Assembly (NCBI GenBank): GCA_037443805.1
Contig: JBBINQ010000005.1
Coordinates: forward strand, 9,607-73,606
DNA: 64,000 bases
Direction of reading: 5' to 3'
Source of the DNA: a candidate division WOR-3 bacterium
Lineage (GTDB): Bacteria; Hydrothermota; Tepidihabitantia; SM23-42; JAOAFX01
Positions 47,951-57,048 of the stretch are shown here, piece after piece (within the stretch, counting starts at the first letter, position 1; every line of letters begins with the position of its first letter). The position numbers and the translations under genes are program-made. The notes beneath the pieces are model-generated. The model saw nothing but the letters and a program-made list of their open reading frames with translations. It had not been told where the DNA came from and searched no databases.

Positions 47951-48366
47951 TGCGTAAAAGTATTATCAGAAGGTTTACCAGAACACCTGAAATTCCTACT
48001 GCCTCAACTGCTGATGTTGCCTTTCTTTTAATACTTTTCTTTATGGTCACTACGGTGTTCAGGGCAACTTCCCTTAATCTAAAGATTGTGCTGCCCAAGG
48101 CAAAGTCTACAGAAAGGATTCTTATCCGCAGGAATATTACCCATATCTGGGTTGATAATAATGGTCGTGTATTTATTGATGATAGCCTTGTTCCCAAGGA
48201 ACGGGTCAGTTCAAAGATATCGCCCAAGGTTGCGGAAAATCCTGAGCTGGTTACAATCTTAAATATCCATAGCGATATTGAATATGGCACAGTAGATGTG
48301 ATACTTGACCAATTAAAAGAGTCCCGGGCATTTAAGATTACATTTGCTACAGAATTTGGAGGATGA
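47950..48366 (+). CDS. exbD: Second ExbD/TolR family protein
   Basis: IPTASTADVAFLLILFFMVTTVF; LPKA. Confidence 0.9.
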   Translation: MRKSIIRRFTRTPEIPTASTADVAFLLILFFMVTTVFRATSLNLKIVLPKAKSTERILIRRNITHIWVDNNGRVFIDDSLVPKERVSSKISPKVAENPELVTILNIHSDIEYGTVDVILDQLKESRAFKITFATEFGG

Positions 48367-48367
48367 G

Positions 48368-48976
48368 ATGCGTGACCATAAATTGATGTATGGGGTATAT
48401 TTCCGCACAGGAATGTTTATCGGTATAATTTTGTTGATTCTACTATTTCTGTTCTTGCCCTATGCTGAGGTAGAACCTTATAAATTGAGAAAAGAGGTTG
48501 TGACAATGGTGGAAGAGATTTCTGCGGAGATTGAAAAGTATGAAGAACCTCCACCAGTGGAGAGGCCAAAGGTTGCGGTTGCTGCTGCTCCATCTGAAGT
48601 TACTGAGGAGGCGGTTGAGACCATTGCCGCAACTGAATTTCGGGAGGATATCATTAGAACCCAGCCCACGGGTCCGGAAATAGAGATTGTTCCTTATTTT
48701 AAGGTAGAGGTAAAACCACAACCTATCTCAATGCCTGCACCAGAATGGCCCGAACTTGTAAAAAGAGCAGGCATTGAAGGTAGTCTACAAGTGAAGTTTT
48801 TGGTGAATGTTGATGGCACTGTTATGGATGTCCAGATTGTGAAATCCAGCGGTAATCAGTTACTTGATGAGGCAGCAGTGGCGAGTGTATGGAAATATAG
48901 ATTTACTCCGGCAAAACAGCGTGATAAACTCGTAAGGGTATGGGTCTTTAGAAAAATAGAATTTAAATTTAAGTAA
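48368..48976 (+). CDS. tonB: Energy transducer TonB
   Basis: TM anchor, Pro-rich linker EEPPPVERP, TonB_C GIEGSLQVKFLVNVDG...LDEAAVASVWKYRFTPA; start ATG 48368. Confidence 0.9.
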   Translation: MRDHKLMYGVYFRTGMFIGIILLILLFLFLPYAEVEPYKLRKEVVTMVEEISAEIEKYEEPPPVERPKVAVAAAPSEVTEEAVETIAATEFREDIIRTQPTGPEIEIVPYFKVEVKPQPISMPAPEWPELVKRAGIEGSLQVKFLVNVDGTVMDVQIVKSSGNQLLDEAAVASVWKYRFTPAKQRDKLVRVWVFRKIEFKFK

Positions 48977-48982
48977 TTATCC

Positions 48983-49010
48983 TTGACAATTTTTATTTTT
49001 TTAATATAAT
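48983..49010 (+). promoter_or_regulatory. Promoter of lipoprotein-TBDR-PorV operon (TTGACA-N16-TATAAT)
   Basis: Both hexamers perfect; about 75-nt leader with two SD-like motifs. Confidence 0.78.
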
Positions 49011-49087
49011 ATTTATATATAGAAAGGGGGTGGGACATTAAAAAAAATCGCTTAAAACTAAATAACATAAAAGAAAAGGAGGATTAA

Positions 49088-50122
49088 ATGATAAGGCTGA
49101 AATGGCTAAGTCTATTAGCAATTTTAACATTGGTGTTTGTAAGTTGTGGTAATGAACCACCAGAGGAGTTCTATAATGGAACACCACAGGACGATACATT
49201 GATTAATGCATTGCTTGATGCGAATTCTGAATATCTTATAACCGATGATTTATTTTTAGATACGTATAGCCGGATTGATTCGTTTGTAGTAAGCTTCCCA
49301 GTAGCAGATTCATATTTTAAAACAGAATCAATTCTGGTTAAACAACATCTGGATAGTTTGAGTGAAAAAATCGCATCAAGTGCTCGTTTTAAGGACCTCT
49401 GGTATACCAAAGATACTACCTGCACAGTGTATCTCTTTGATACATTTAACATAATACAGGAGGTCCATTATGACCGATTATACAAAGGTTATTATTTCTG
49501 GCAGGGCGATACATCCAAGAAACTGGATACAGTGATCGTTGAAGCCACTTCAGGTTATTATTCTTATGATACAATAACTGTAGAGGGGCTTCGCCATATT
49601 TATGTTGAACCAGTAAAAGAAAGGGTTTGGGATGAGGAACTTCAGGATTCGGTCTGGAAGATAAAAGAGCCAAGAGAATGGATTTTGAAGAGAATTTCCT
49701 ATGGAAACTATGGATTGCCAAATCGGGGCGCAGGAATTCCTGAGATCGATTACGCTATAGTAACTTCTAATAATACCTCAAAAGTTGATACCATCTGGGC
49801 ATCAAATACAGATACTCTCTATCAACATCATGCAATGAACCGTTTCTGCGCAATAGATTCGCTGTTAGAATATGATGCGGGTGATACTTTGACAATTTCA
49901 CTGACCCTTTCCGGAACAATTACAAGTGACCTCTGCTCATTCTTTGCCATTCAGGATGGTAAGAAAGTTCAACTTATTGGTGGTTCAGGTAAGATTGCCA
50001 TTACTGGTTCTGGCGTGAAAAATCTTGTATTTGTGGCGATTGTCAACGATGGATTATGCTATGTAAAGCCTGCCAGCCCATTACTTGCAAGATTCTGGCT
50101 TATACCCATAAGGGTTAATTGA
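49088..50122 (+). CDS. Hypothetical lipoprotein (344 aa)
   Basis: Lipobox VFVSC; SD AAGGAGG; beta-rich, many DT/DS motifs. Confidence 0.75.
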   Translation: MIRLKWLSLLAILTLVFVSCGNEPPEEFYNGTPQDDTLINALLDANSEYLITDDLFLDTYSRIDSFVVSFPVADSYFKTESILVKQHLDSLSEKIASSARFKDLWYTKDTTCTVYLFDTFNIIQEVHYDRLYKGYYFWQGDTSKKLDTVIVEATSGYYSYDTITVEGLRHIYVEPVKERVWDEELQDSVWKIKEPREWILKRISYGNYGLPNRGAGIPEIDYAIVTSNNTSKVDTIWASNTDTLYQHHAMNRFCAIDSLLEYDAGDTLTISLTLSGTITSDLCSFFAIQDGKKVQLIGGSGKIAITGSGVKNLVFVAIVNDGLCYVKPASPLLARFWLIPIRVN

Positions 50123-50133
50123 GGAGGTGTATA

Positions 50134-52902
50134 ATGAAAAAATTATTGGCGTTAATCCTTACCACTGCATTTTTGTTCGGTGCAGAGTATGGTAAAATTA
50201 CTGGTAAGGTGAGGGACGCTGAAACCGGTGAACCATTGATCGGTGCTGATGTGATTGTAGAAGGAACAGAACTTGGTGCCGCAACAGATGAAAAGGGTGA
50301 TTATGTGATTCTCTATGTTCCTGCAGGAACCTATGTGGTTACCGCATCATATTTAGGTTATGACCCATATACTTATACCCAGGTGATTGTCAATGCTGAC
50401 CAGACTACAAATCTCAATTTCAGATTAAAACCTACAGTAATTGAAGTAGAAAAGGTTACGGTTGTTGCTGAAAAACCACCAATTGTTGCCTCCCAGGTCC
50501 AGAGTGGACATTCAGTTACATCGCAAGATATATCCCGTCTACCCGTGACCACAATCAACCAGGTGGTTACCCTCCAGGCAGGCGTATCCACATCAAATCT
50601 TGGTACACATATTCGTGGTGGCAGGCCCGAAGAGGTAACTTATTATGTGGATGGTATTATGACCAAGGTTCCACACACAGGTGCGCAATCAACCCAGATA
50701 AATGCCTCAGCAGTAGAAGAGGTAACAGTTGTCAGTGGTGGTTTTGATGCAGAATATGGTGAAGCACTTTCAGGAATTATCAATGTTGTGACCAAAGAGG
50801 GTGGAACAAAACCATCAGGTAGCTTTAGGTACTTGACCGATGAGGTATTTGCAATGGATGCGCTCAAAGACAAACTGAATACTGGTTATAATTTCTATGA
50901 CCTATCACTGGGTGGTCCTTTACCTGCTTTGTCCAGATTGAAATATTTCCTCTCTGGTGAATTAACATTGACAGATGCTTATGCAGAGGCATTATATAAG
51001 GTTCCTTCACCAAGGAATACATATCGTGCTCAGGGCAGATTCTCCTATACAATGCCCAATAATAAAGGTAAGATTACCTTGAGTGGATTTAATTCAAGGG
51101 ACCAGTATGTGACCTGGTCATCAGGAAATTTAAAATACTTCCAGAATAGACCAATGAGCAGGACCAAGAACTATATTCTCTCTTCCACATTCAATTATAT
51201 GCTCACGGCAAAGACCCTTTTGACAGTTAAGGGCGGTATGACACACTATGATAGAGTATATGGCAACCGTGATTATGCCTGGGAAGATTCTGCGGGTCAT
51301 GGGTGGTATGACGATTATCGTTTCAAAGCAGAACATTGCATAAAGTATCTTACTAAAGATTTACTTCCGCCCAAGGATGTTATCGTGGATAGTGTAATGC
51401 AATACCATACTGAGTATACAAACCGTGATGTGGATGCATTACGCAACAATCCCTATGGCGTTGAAGGTATGTATTATACCTATGGCGACTATCGTGTATG
51501 GAGATACTGGCAGAATGATGATATCCAGGCAAGGTTTGACCTTTCCCATGCAGTGGGTAAGGTTCATGAATTCAAAACTGGTGTTGACTATGTAGGATAC
51601 AACCTGAAATATTATGATAATAACCTTCCCTGGGTCACGAATCCATTCTGGGATTATTATGAGCGACAGCCCTATAAGGTTGCAGCGTATGTTCAGGACA
51701 AAATGGATTTTGAAGGTTTGATTGCACGGCTTGGACTGAGATTTGATTATTTTGACCCCAAGAGTTGTACCTACAAAGTTCCAAATGACCCAAGGAATGA
51801 TACCCTTGCATATGCAGACAAGAGTTATCGTGTTTCTCCGCGTATTGGTTTTTCTCTACCAGTTACTGAACGGATGAAATTCCGTTTCAATTATGGACAT
51901 TATTTCCAGTTACCCGCACTTGATGATATGTTCAGCACAACTGATACAGCAGTGATAAGGCTTGCACTCTCTCGCGGTAATACAATTATAGGAAATATCT
52001 TTATGAAGCCAGAAAAGACTGTGCAGTATGAGGTCGGTATTGAAAATCAGTTCACACAGGATGTAGTAATGGGATTTACTGCGTATTTCAAAGATGTGTA
52101 TGACCTGTCTCAGATTCGTGAAGTTATTGCATTGCCAATGCCATACTTCCAGTTCTTTAATGTTGACTACGGAAATATCAAAGGATTTGAAATAAGGTTA
52201 GATAAGACAATGTCCAATATGTGGGCATTTGGTCTCAGTTATACGCTCCAGTTTGCCAAAGGGACTGCCTCTTACGCAGGTGAGTTCTATTATGACTTCT
52301 ATTATGGTGGTACTGACCCGATTACTGGATTACCATTACAGCCACCAGTAATTGATTACTGGCTTGATTTTGATGAACGGAATATCGTGAATGCGAACCT
52401 GGACCTCCAACTGCCTTCTGATTTTGTTTTCATCCCATTGCAGGATTTAAACTCATCATTTGTATTCTCATACCATTCAGGCCATCCATACACGCCCCTT
52501 GACCTGAGAGGAAATAAGACAGGTGATGAGAATTCTGCAAGGATGCCTGGTTGGTGGAATGTTGATATGAATGCAAGTAGATTGATAAAGATTGGTCCAG
52601 TAAAATTCACCTTAACCGCACTCGTTAATAATCTCTTTAATTCAAGACAAATAGTAGAGGTATATCAGACATCTGGTGACCCTGATGACCATGGTGACCC
52701 AGAACCTACCCTGACTCAGTTTGGAACCCTGACCATTGGTTCAAGTCGCTATTCGCCACAGGCTGATTATAATCATGATGGTATTATGACACCACCTGAG
52801 CAGAAAAAAGCTTATATTGCAGCAAGAACCGATTATTATCTTGACCCAACAAATTATAATGGTCCATTCAGGGTTCAGATCGGTATTGGTTTAGGATTTT
52901 AG
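50134..52902 (+). CDS. TonB-dependent outer-membrane receptor with N-terminal carboxypeptidase-regulatory-like domain
   Basis: GKITGKVRDAETGEPLIGADV, plug IRGGRPEEVTYYVDG, GGFDAEYGEALSGIINVVTKEG, MKPEKTVQYEVG, C-terminal QIGIGLGF; start ATG 50134. Confidence 0.9.
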   Translation: MKKLLALILTTAFLFGAEYGKITGKVRDAETGEPLIGADVIVEGTELGAATDEKGDYVILYVPAGTYVVTASYLGYDPYTYTQVIVNADQTTNLNFRLKPTVIEVEKVTVVAEKPPIVASQVQSGHSVTSQDISRLPVTTINQVVTLQAGVSTSNLGTHIRGGRPEEVTYYVDGIMTKVPHTGAQSTQINASAVEEVTVVSGGFDAEYGEALSGIINVVTKEGGTKPSGSFRYLTDEVFAMDALKDKLNTGYNFYDLSLGGPLPALSRLKYFLSGELTLTDAYAEALYKVPSPRNTYRAQGRFSYTMPNNKGKITLSGFNSRDQYVTWSSGNLKYFQNRPMSRTKNYILSSTFNYMLTAKTLLTVKGGMTHYDRVYGNRDYAWEDSAGHGWYDDYRFKAEHCIKYLTKDLLPPKDVIVDSVMQYHTEYTNRDVDALRNNPYGVEGMYYTYGDYRVWRYWQNDDIQARFDLSHAVGKVHEFKTGVDYVGYNLKYYDNNLPWVTNPFWDYYERQPYKVAAYVQDKMDFEGLIARLGLRFDYFDPKSCTYKVPNDPRNDTLAYADKSYRVSPRIGFSLPVTERMKFRFNYGHYFQLPALDDMFSTTDTAVIRLALSRGNTIIGNIFMKPEKTVQYEVGIENQFTQDVVMGFTAYFKDVYDLSQIREVIALPMPYFQFFNVDYGNIKGFEIRLDKTMSNMWAFGLSYTLQFAKGTASYAGEFYYDFYYGGTDPITGLPLQPPVIDYWLDFDERNIVNANLDLQLPSDFVFIPLQDLNSSFVFSYHSGHPYTPLDLRGNKTGDENSARMPGWWNVDMNASRLIKIGPVKFTLTALVNNLFNSRQIVEVYQTSGDPDDHGDPEPTLTQFGTLTIGSSRYSPQADYNHDGIMTPPEQKKAYIAARTDYYLDPTNYNGPFRVQIGIGLGF

Positions 52903-52908
52903 GAGGCT

Positions 52909-55869
52909 ATGATGAAAAAGACACTGGCAATTTTACTATTGTTGGCTATTATAGCCTTTGCCAGAACGGCGGTGCCAAATAATCAATACCGTCCGTTCGA
53001 AATAAAGACCCATAATATTAATAACATAGAAATGTGCGTGTCAAACTATGGAAAGTTTGGCCAGACACAGGCTGGCAATGCTGGTCTCTGGTGGCCCAAA
53101 GGTAGTGGAGAGAATTATATCTTTGGTGCAGGTCCCTGGTTTGGTACAATTGTTGGTGATGATACGCTCGTAACAATCGGTTATGGTCCACATGGTGGTG
53201 AGGCTGAATATGTTCCAGGATTAAAAGATATGTCTACGGGTGACCCCAATGCACAAATTTATATGTATCCATCGCCCTGGCCACCTCCTGCTGATGTATT
53301 CCCAATGGCACCACAGGTATCAAAGTCTCATCAGGATTCCTGGTGTGCATATAATGACCTTGATGCAAGTTATCACATACCGGGTGATACAAGACCTATC
53401 GGACTTGAAGTGTATCAAACAGTCTATGCCTGGAATTTGAGCACGACCGCAGATATCATTTTTATAAGATACGAACTAAAGAATGTAAGTGGAAGCAAAC
53501 TTACTAATTGCTATTTCGGGGTCTGCACTGATAATGATATTGGTAATGAAGCAGGCACAAATGCGAATGATATTATCAGCGGTATTGTCTGGCAGGAGTA
53601 CCAGATTGGTACTGAACTTGATACGATTGATAATCTTGGATACCAATGGCAGACCGAGGATGAGCCTGGCTGGGATGATGTGGGCGCAATCGGTTTTGAC
53701 TATCTTCAGAGCCCCTGGGATTTAAAAGAGAATCAGGATAAAGATAATGATGGTATACTTGACCAGTATGAAAGGGACAGTGCGTATTATGTAGATAATC
53801 TACCCCAGACACAATGGGATGTTGATGGTGACGGCACACCTGACTGGCGCGACCCATCGCAAATTCCCCAGTTAGGTATGACTGCATTCAAGCGGTTTAC
53901 CCTCAATCTTGAGCCGAATAAAGATAATGAGAGGTATGTGACCCTTGCCGGATATAATTTTAAAACCGGTGAATATACGCCATTTGATACGATTCCTCCA
54001 CAACCTGATGACCAGAGATTCTTACAATGCAGTGGACCCTTTGAATTGGAAGCGGATTCAATCGCTATCGTGCTTGTCGGTGTTATGTGCACTTACTGGC
54101 CCAGAGGTGTTGTTGAGCGTCCTGATACCGCACTGGCGAAAGTTGATAAGACGGTTCAATATATCTATAATATGAACTGGCTCTTACCTGGTCCGCCTCC
54201 ACCTCCAACCCTGACCTGTATTCCTGGTGATGCAAAGGTTACTCTAATCTGGGACAATGTTTCAGAGACTACACCTGACCCATACTATGAGGTCGTGAGC
54301 AAACCCGGACCAAATAATGACCCTTACTACAAAAAATACGATTTTGAAGGTTATCGTGTCTGGCGCAGTCCAACAGGCAAGACTGGTACCTGGAAATTAT
54401 TGGCATCATTTGACCTGGCAAACGGTATCACATTTACAGATACATCTGCTCCTGAATCAATTGCCTTGAGTGCAACTGATGTCGGCCTGACCCATTCTTA
54501 TACAGATACTGATGTGCGTAATGGGTTTGGTTACTATTATGCAGTAACTGCGTTTGACTACAATTATGTGAAGAGCACATTTGATTCCATTTATCTTGAT
54601 ACATTCTATGTCCAGCCCGGTGGTGACACAGTATGGGACTATGATACAATCCAAGTTGAAGGTCCAATGCCAATCTATTATGAAAGCGGACAGGTTCCAA
54701 TTACTGCTACTCCACGCCGTGACCCGGCAGATTACAGAGAAGGTTCATTTACTGTGGAATTAGTGAATGGAAATGAGAGATTGGTCTCAAATCTTAGTGC
54801 GAAGATTGTCTATCCATTGAATATGACCGAAGACCCGCAATTCTTTAAATTTGGTCCGATTGTAAGGGATACTATTACCGGATACCCAATCTATTCTGCT
54901 TTCTTATGTGATAAAGACACAGTGCCGCTGGATAGCTTTAAAGTTACTATGCCCCTTGATACTTTTGCCCATACCTACTTCTATGAGTTTAAAGAATATA
55001 ATGGTATAAGTGTGACTCCGTGGTTTATCAAAACCAAGGCAAAAGGTAGCATAGTGATATTTGATACAATCATTAAGGAAGCAGGAAGTACATATCCGGA
55101 TACGCTACTTTCATTAAGCTCTTCAATTGTAGGTAGGGCAATAAACTGGGCATATCGGGGTAATGACTTTAAAATAATCTGGAAGAAAAAAGATCCTGCA
55201 GGCGAGGTTAATACAATAACTGTGATTGACCTCCAGACAGGTGATACAATTCCATTTAAACCATATACTGAATCTACGGATACAAGTTCATTGGCTGATG
55301 GTTGGTGTTTCCGTTCACTCACGCAATCCACTGATACACTCGTTTATGGAAATGCTTCAACCGGAACCAGGACTATCTATATTTGCAGTGGTAAGATTGG
55401 TATTGCCAAAGGATGGTTCAATGTTGGTGGCGAACCCAGGCCTTCAGAAAATGATGTCTGGACTGTCAGGGCATCAGATGCTTATGTGCCAGCGCCATTC
55501 AAATCCACATTTGCCATTCATCCTTCTCCAGCAGGAATCCTGACCGATACAACCATCACGCTTAATGTCAAGGTTGTTCCTAATCCATATCTGATTCATA
55601 ATGAATGGCAGCAGTCTTCACTCATCAGGAGATTGCGTTTCATTAATCTCCCCAGCGAATGCACGATAAGGATATTTACGCTTAACGGCGATTTGATTAA
55701 AACGATTAAACACAATGCGACGATCGGCTCAGTTCAGGGTGATGCTGGCGGAGATGAGTGGTGGGACCTTCTGACTGAAAATAGACAGCTTGTGGCAAGC
55801 GGTGTTTACATCTTCCATGTTGATTCCAAGGTTGGTGAACAGGTCGGTAAATTTGTTGTTATCCGATAG
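52909..55869 (+). CDS. 986-aa exported protein with FN3-like module and T9SS-CTD-like C-terminus
   Basis: Signal peptide, HNINNIEMCVSNYG, DxDxDG Ca-binding motifs, GDAKVTLIWD...YYYAVTAFD, C-terminal VKVVPNPY...IRIFTLNGDLIKT...VASGVYIFHV...GKFVVIR. Confidence 0.78.
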   Translation: MMKKTLAILLLLAIIAFARTAVPNNQYRPFEIKTHNINNIEMCVSNYGKFGQTQAGNAGLWWPKGSGENYIFGAGPWFGTIVGDDTLVTIGYGPHGGEAEYVPGLKDMSTGDPNAQIYMYPSPWPPPADVFPMAPQVSKSHQDSWCAYNDLDASYHIPGDTRPIGLEVYQTVYAWNLSTTADIIFIRYELKNVSGSKLTNCYFGVCTDNDIGNEAGTNANDIISGIVWQEYQIGTELDTIDNLGYQWQTEDEPGWDDVGAIGFDYLQSPWDLKENQDKDNDGILDQYERDSAYYVDNLPQTQWDVDGDGTPDWRDPSQIPQLGMTAFKRFTLNLEPNKDNERYVTLAGYNFKTGEYTPFDTIPPQPDDQRFLQCSGPFELEADSIAIVLVGVMCTYWPRGVVERPDTALAKVDKTVQYIYNMNWLLPGPPPPPTLTCIPGDAKVTLIWDNVSETTPDPYYEVVSKPGPNNDPYYKKYDFEGYRVWRSPTGKTGTWKLLASFDLANGITFTDTSAPESIALSATDVGLTHSYTDTDVRNGFGYYYAVTAFDYNYVKSTFDSIYLDTFYVQPGGDTVWDYDTIQVEGPMPIYYESGQVPITATPRRDPADYREGSFTVELVNGNERLVSNLSAKIVYPLNMTEDPQFFKFGPIVRDTITGYPIYSAFLCDKDTVPLDSFKVTMPLDTFAHTYFYEFKEYNGISVTPWFIKTKAKGSIVIFDTIIKEAGSTYPDTLLSLSSSIVGRAINWAYRGNDFKIIWKKKDPAGEVNTITVIDLQTGDTIPFKPYTESTDTSSLADGWCFRSLTQSTDTLVYGNASTGTRTIYICSGKIGIAKGWFNVGGEPRPSENDVWTVRASDAYVPAPFKSTFAIHPSPAGILTDTTITLNVKVVPNPYLIHNEWQQSSLIRRLRFINLPSECTIRIFTLNGDLIKTIKHNATIGSVQGDAGGDEWWDLLTENRQLVASGVYIFHVDSKVGEQVGKFVVIR

Positions 55870-55878
55870 GAGGCAAAA

Positions 55879-56991
55879 ATGAAAAGGTACCTAACAATAA
55901 GCCTGATATTATTAATTCCCCTGTTTGCAGATTTTGCAAAACTCGGGACATCAGGTGCCCAGTTTTTAAAGATCGGTGTGGGTCGTGGGACAGCAATGGG
56001 TGAGGCATTTGTTGCTATTTCTGATGATGCCTCAGCAACCTACTGGAACCCGGCTGGACTGGGTATTCTGAATAATCGTCAGATTGCACTCCAGCACAAT
56101 GAATGGATTGCTGATGTGAAACACGAATACCTTTCACTTGCAGTACCCCTTTCAAATATGGGAACGCTCGGATTCAGTCTCACTGCCCTGACAATGGGTA
56201 AGATGGAATATACCACGGTTGATGACCCAACTACTTATACTGTAAGAGAAGATACTGGAACCGGAACTTTTTTCAATGCCTCTGACTTTGCCCTGGGAAT
56301 CTCATTTGGCAGGATGTTTACTGACCGTCTTGCTGCAGGTTTTACAATAAAGGCAATCCAGGAGATGATCTGGGATATGTCTGCATCAGGTATTGCTACG
56401 GATTTTGGCATTCACTACAATACTGGTTTTAAGGGTTTGAAGATTGCAGCGTCAATGGCAAATTTTGGTTCAGATATTTCCTTTGGTGGCAGGCAGTTAG
56501 ATCAATCAGTAAGTCCTTTCCCAGATTCGCCAATTGATTATGAGCCGATTCCTATTACTCTAAAGACCACGCCGTTTCCATTACCACTAATCTTCAGATT
56601 TGGTCTGGCAATGAATCCAGTAGAGAATGAATCTCAGCGATTGACTGTTGCCCTTGATTTGAACCATCCAAATGATAACTACGAAACGATAAACTTGGGA
56701 TTTGAATATGGTTATTTAAATACCATATTCCTGAGAACTGGATACAAAGTATACCTGAATATGGACTATATGAAGGCAATGACCGGTGCTGAACCTGTAT
56801 ATGATTCTGTGGCAGAAAAATACACCTATCCAAACTGGGGTGAGAATACTGAATGGCTGTTGAATAATCTCTGTGCTGGTGTAGGATTCAATCTCAAAAT
56901 GGCTGAGCGAGAACTGCACATTGATTATACTTATATGAATAAAGGTGTCTTCAAAGCGACGCATCGTATTGGGTTACTGATCGGATTCTAA
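55879..56991 (+). CDS. porV: PorV/PorQ (UPF0164)-family outer-membrane beta-barrel
   Basis: GAQFLKIGVGRGTAMGEAFVAISDDASATYWNPAGL, DFGIHY, INLGFEYGY, C-terminal HRIGLLIGF. Confidence 0.8.
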   Translation: MKRYLTISLILLIPLFADFAKLGTSGAQFLKIGVGRGTAMGEAFVAISDDASATYWNPAGLGILNNRQIALQHNEWIADVKHEYLSLAVPLSNMGTLGFSLTALTMGKMEYTTVDDPTTYTVREDTGTGTFFNASDFALGISFGRMFTDRLAAGFTIKAIQEMIWDMSASGIATDFGIHYNTGFKGLKIAASMANFGSDISFGGRQLDQSVSPFPDSPIDYEPIPITLKTTPFPLPLIFRFGLAMNPVENESQRLTVALDLNHPNDNYETINLGFEYGYLNTIFLRTGYKVYLNMDYMKAMTGAEPVYDSVAEKYTYPNWGENTEWLLNNLCAGVGFNLKMAERELHIDYTYMNKGVFKATHRIGLLIGF

Positions 56992-57003
56992 GAAAGAAAA
57001 ATA

Positions 57004-57036
57004 GGGCGGGGTTCTGATTTTTCAGAACCCCGCCCC
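57004..57036. other. Perfect 14-bp intra-operon hairpin without a plus-strand U-tract
   Basis: GGGCGGGGTTCTGA-TTTTT-TCAGAACCCCGCCC. Confidence 0.8.
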
Positions 57037-57048
57037 TGAAAAGAGGTA

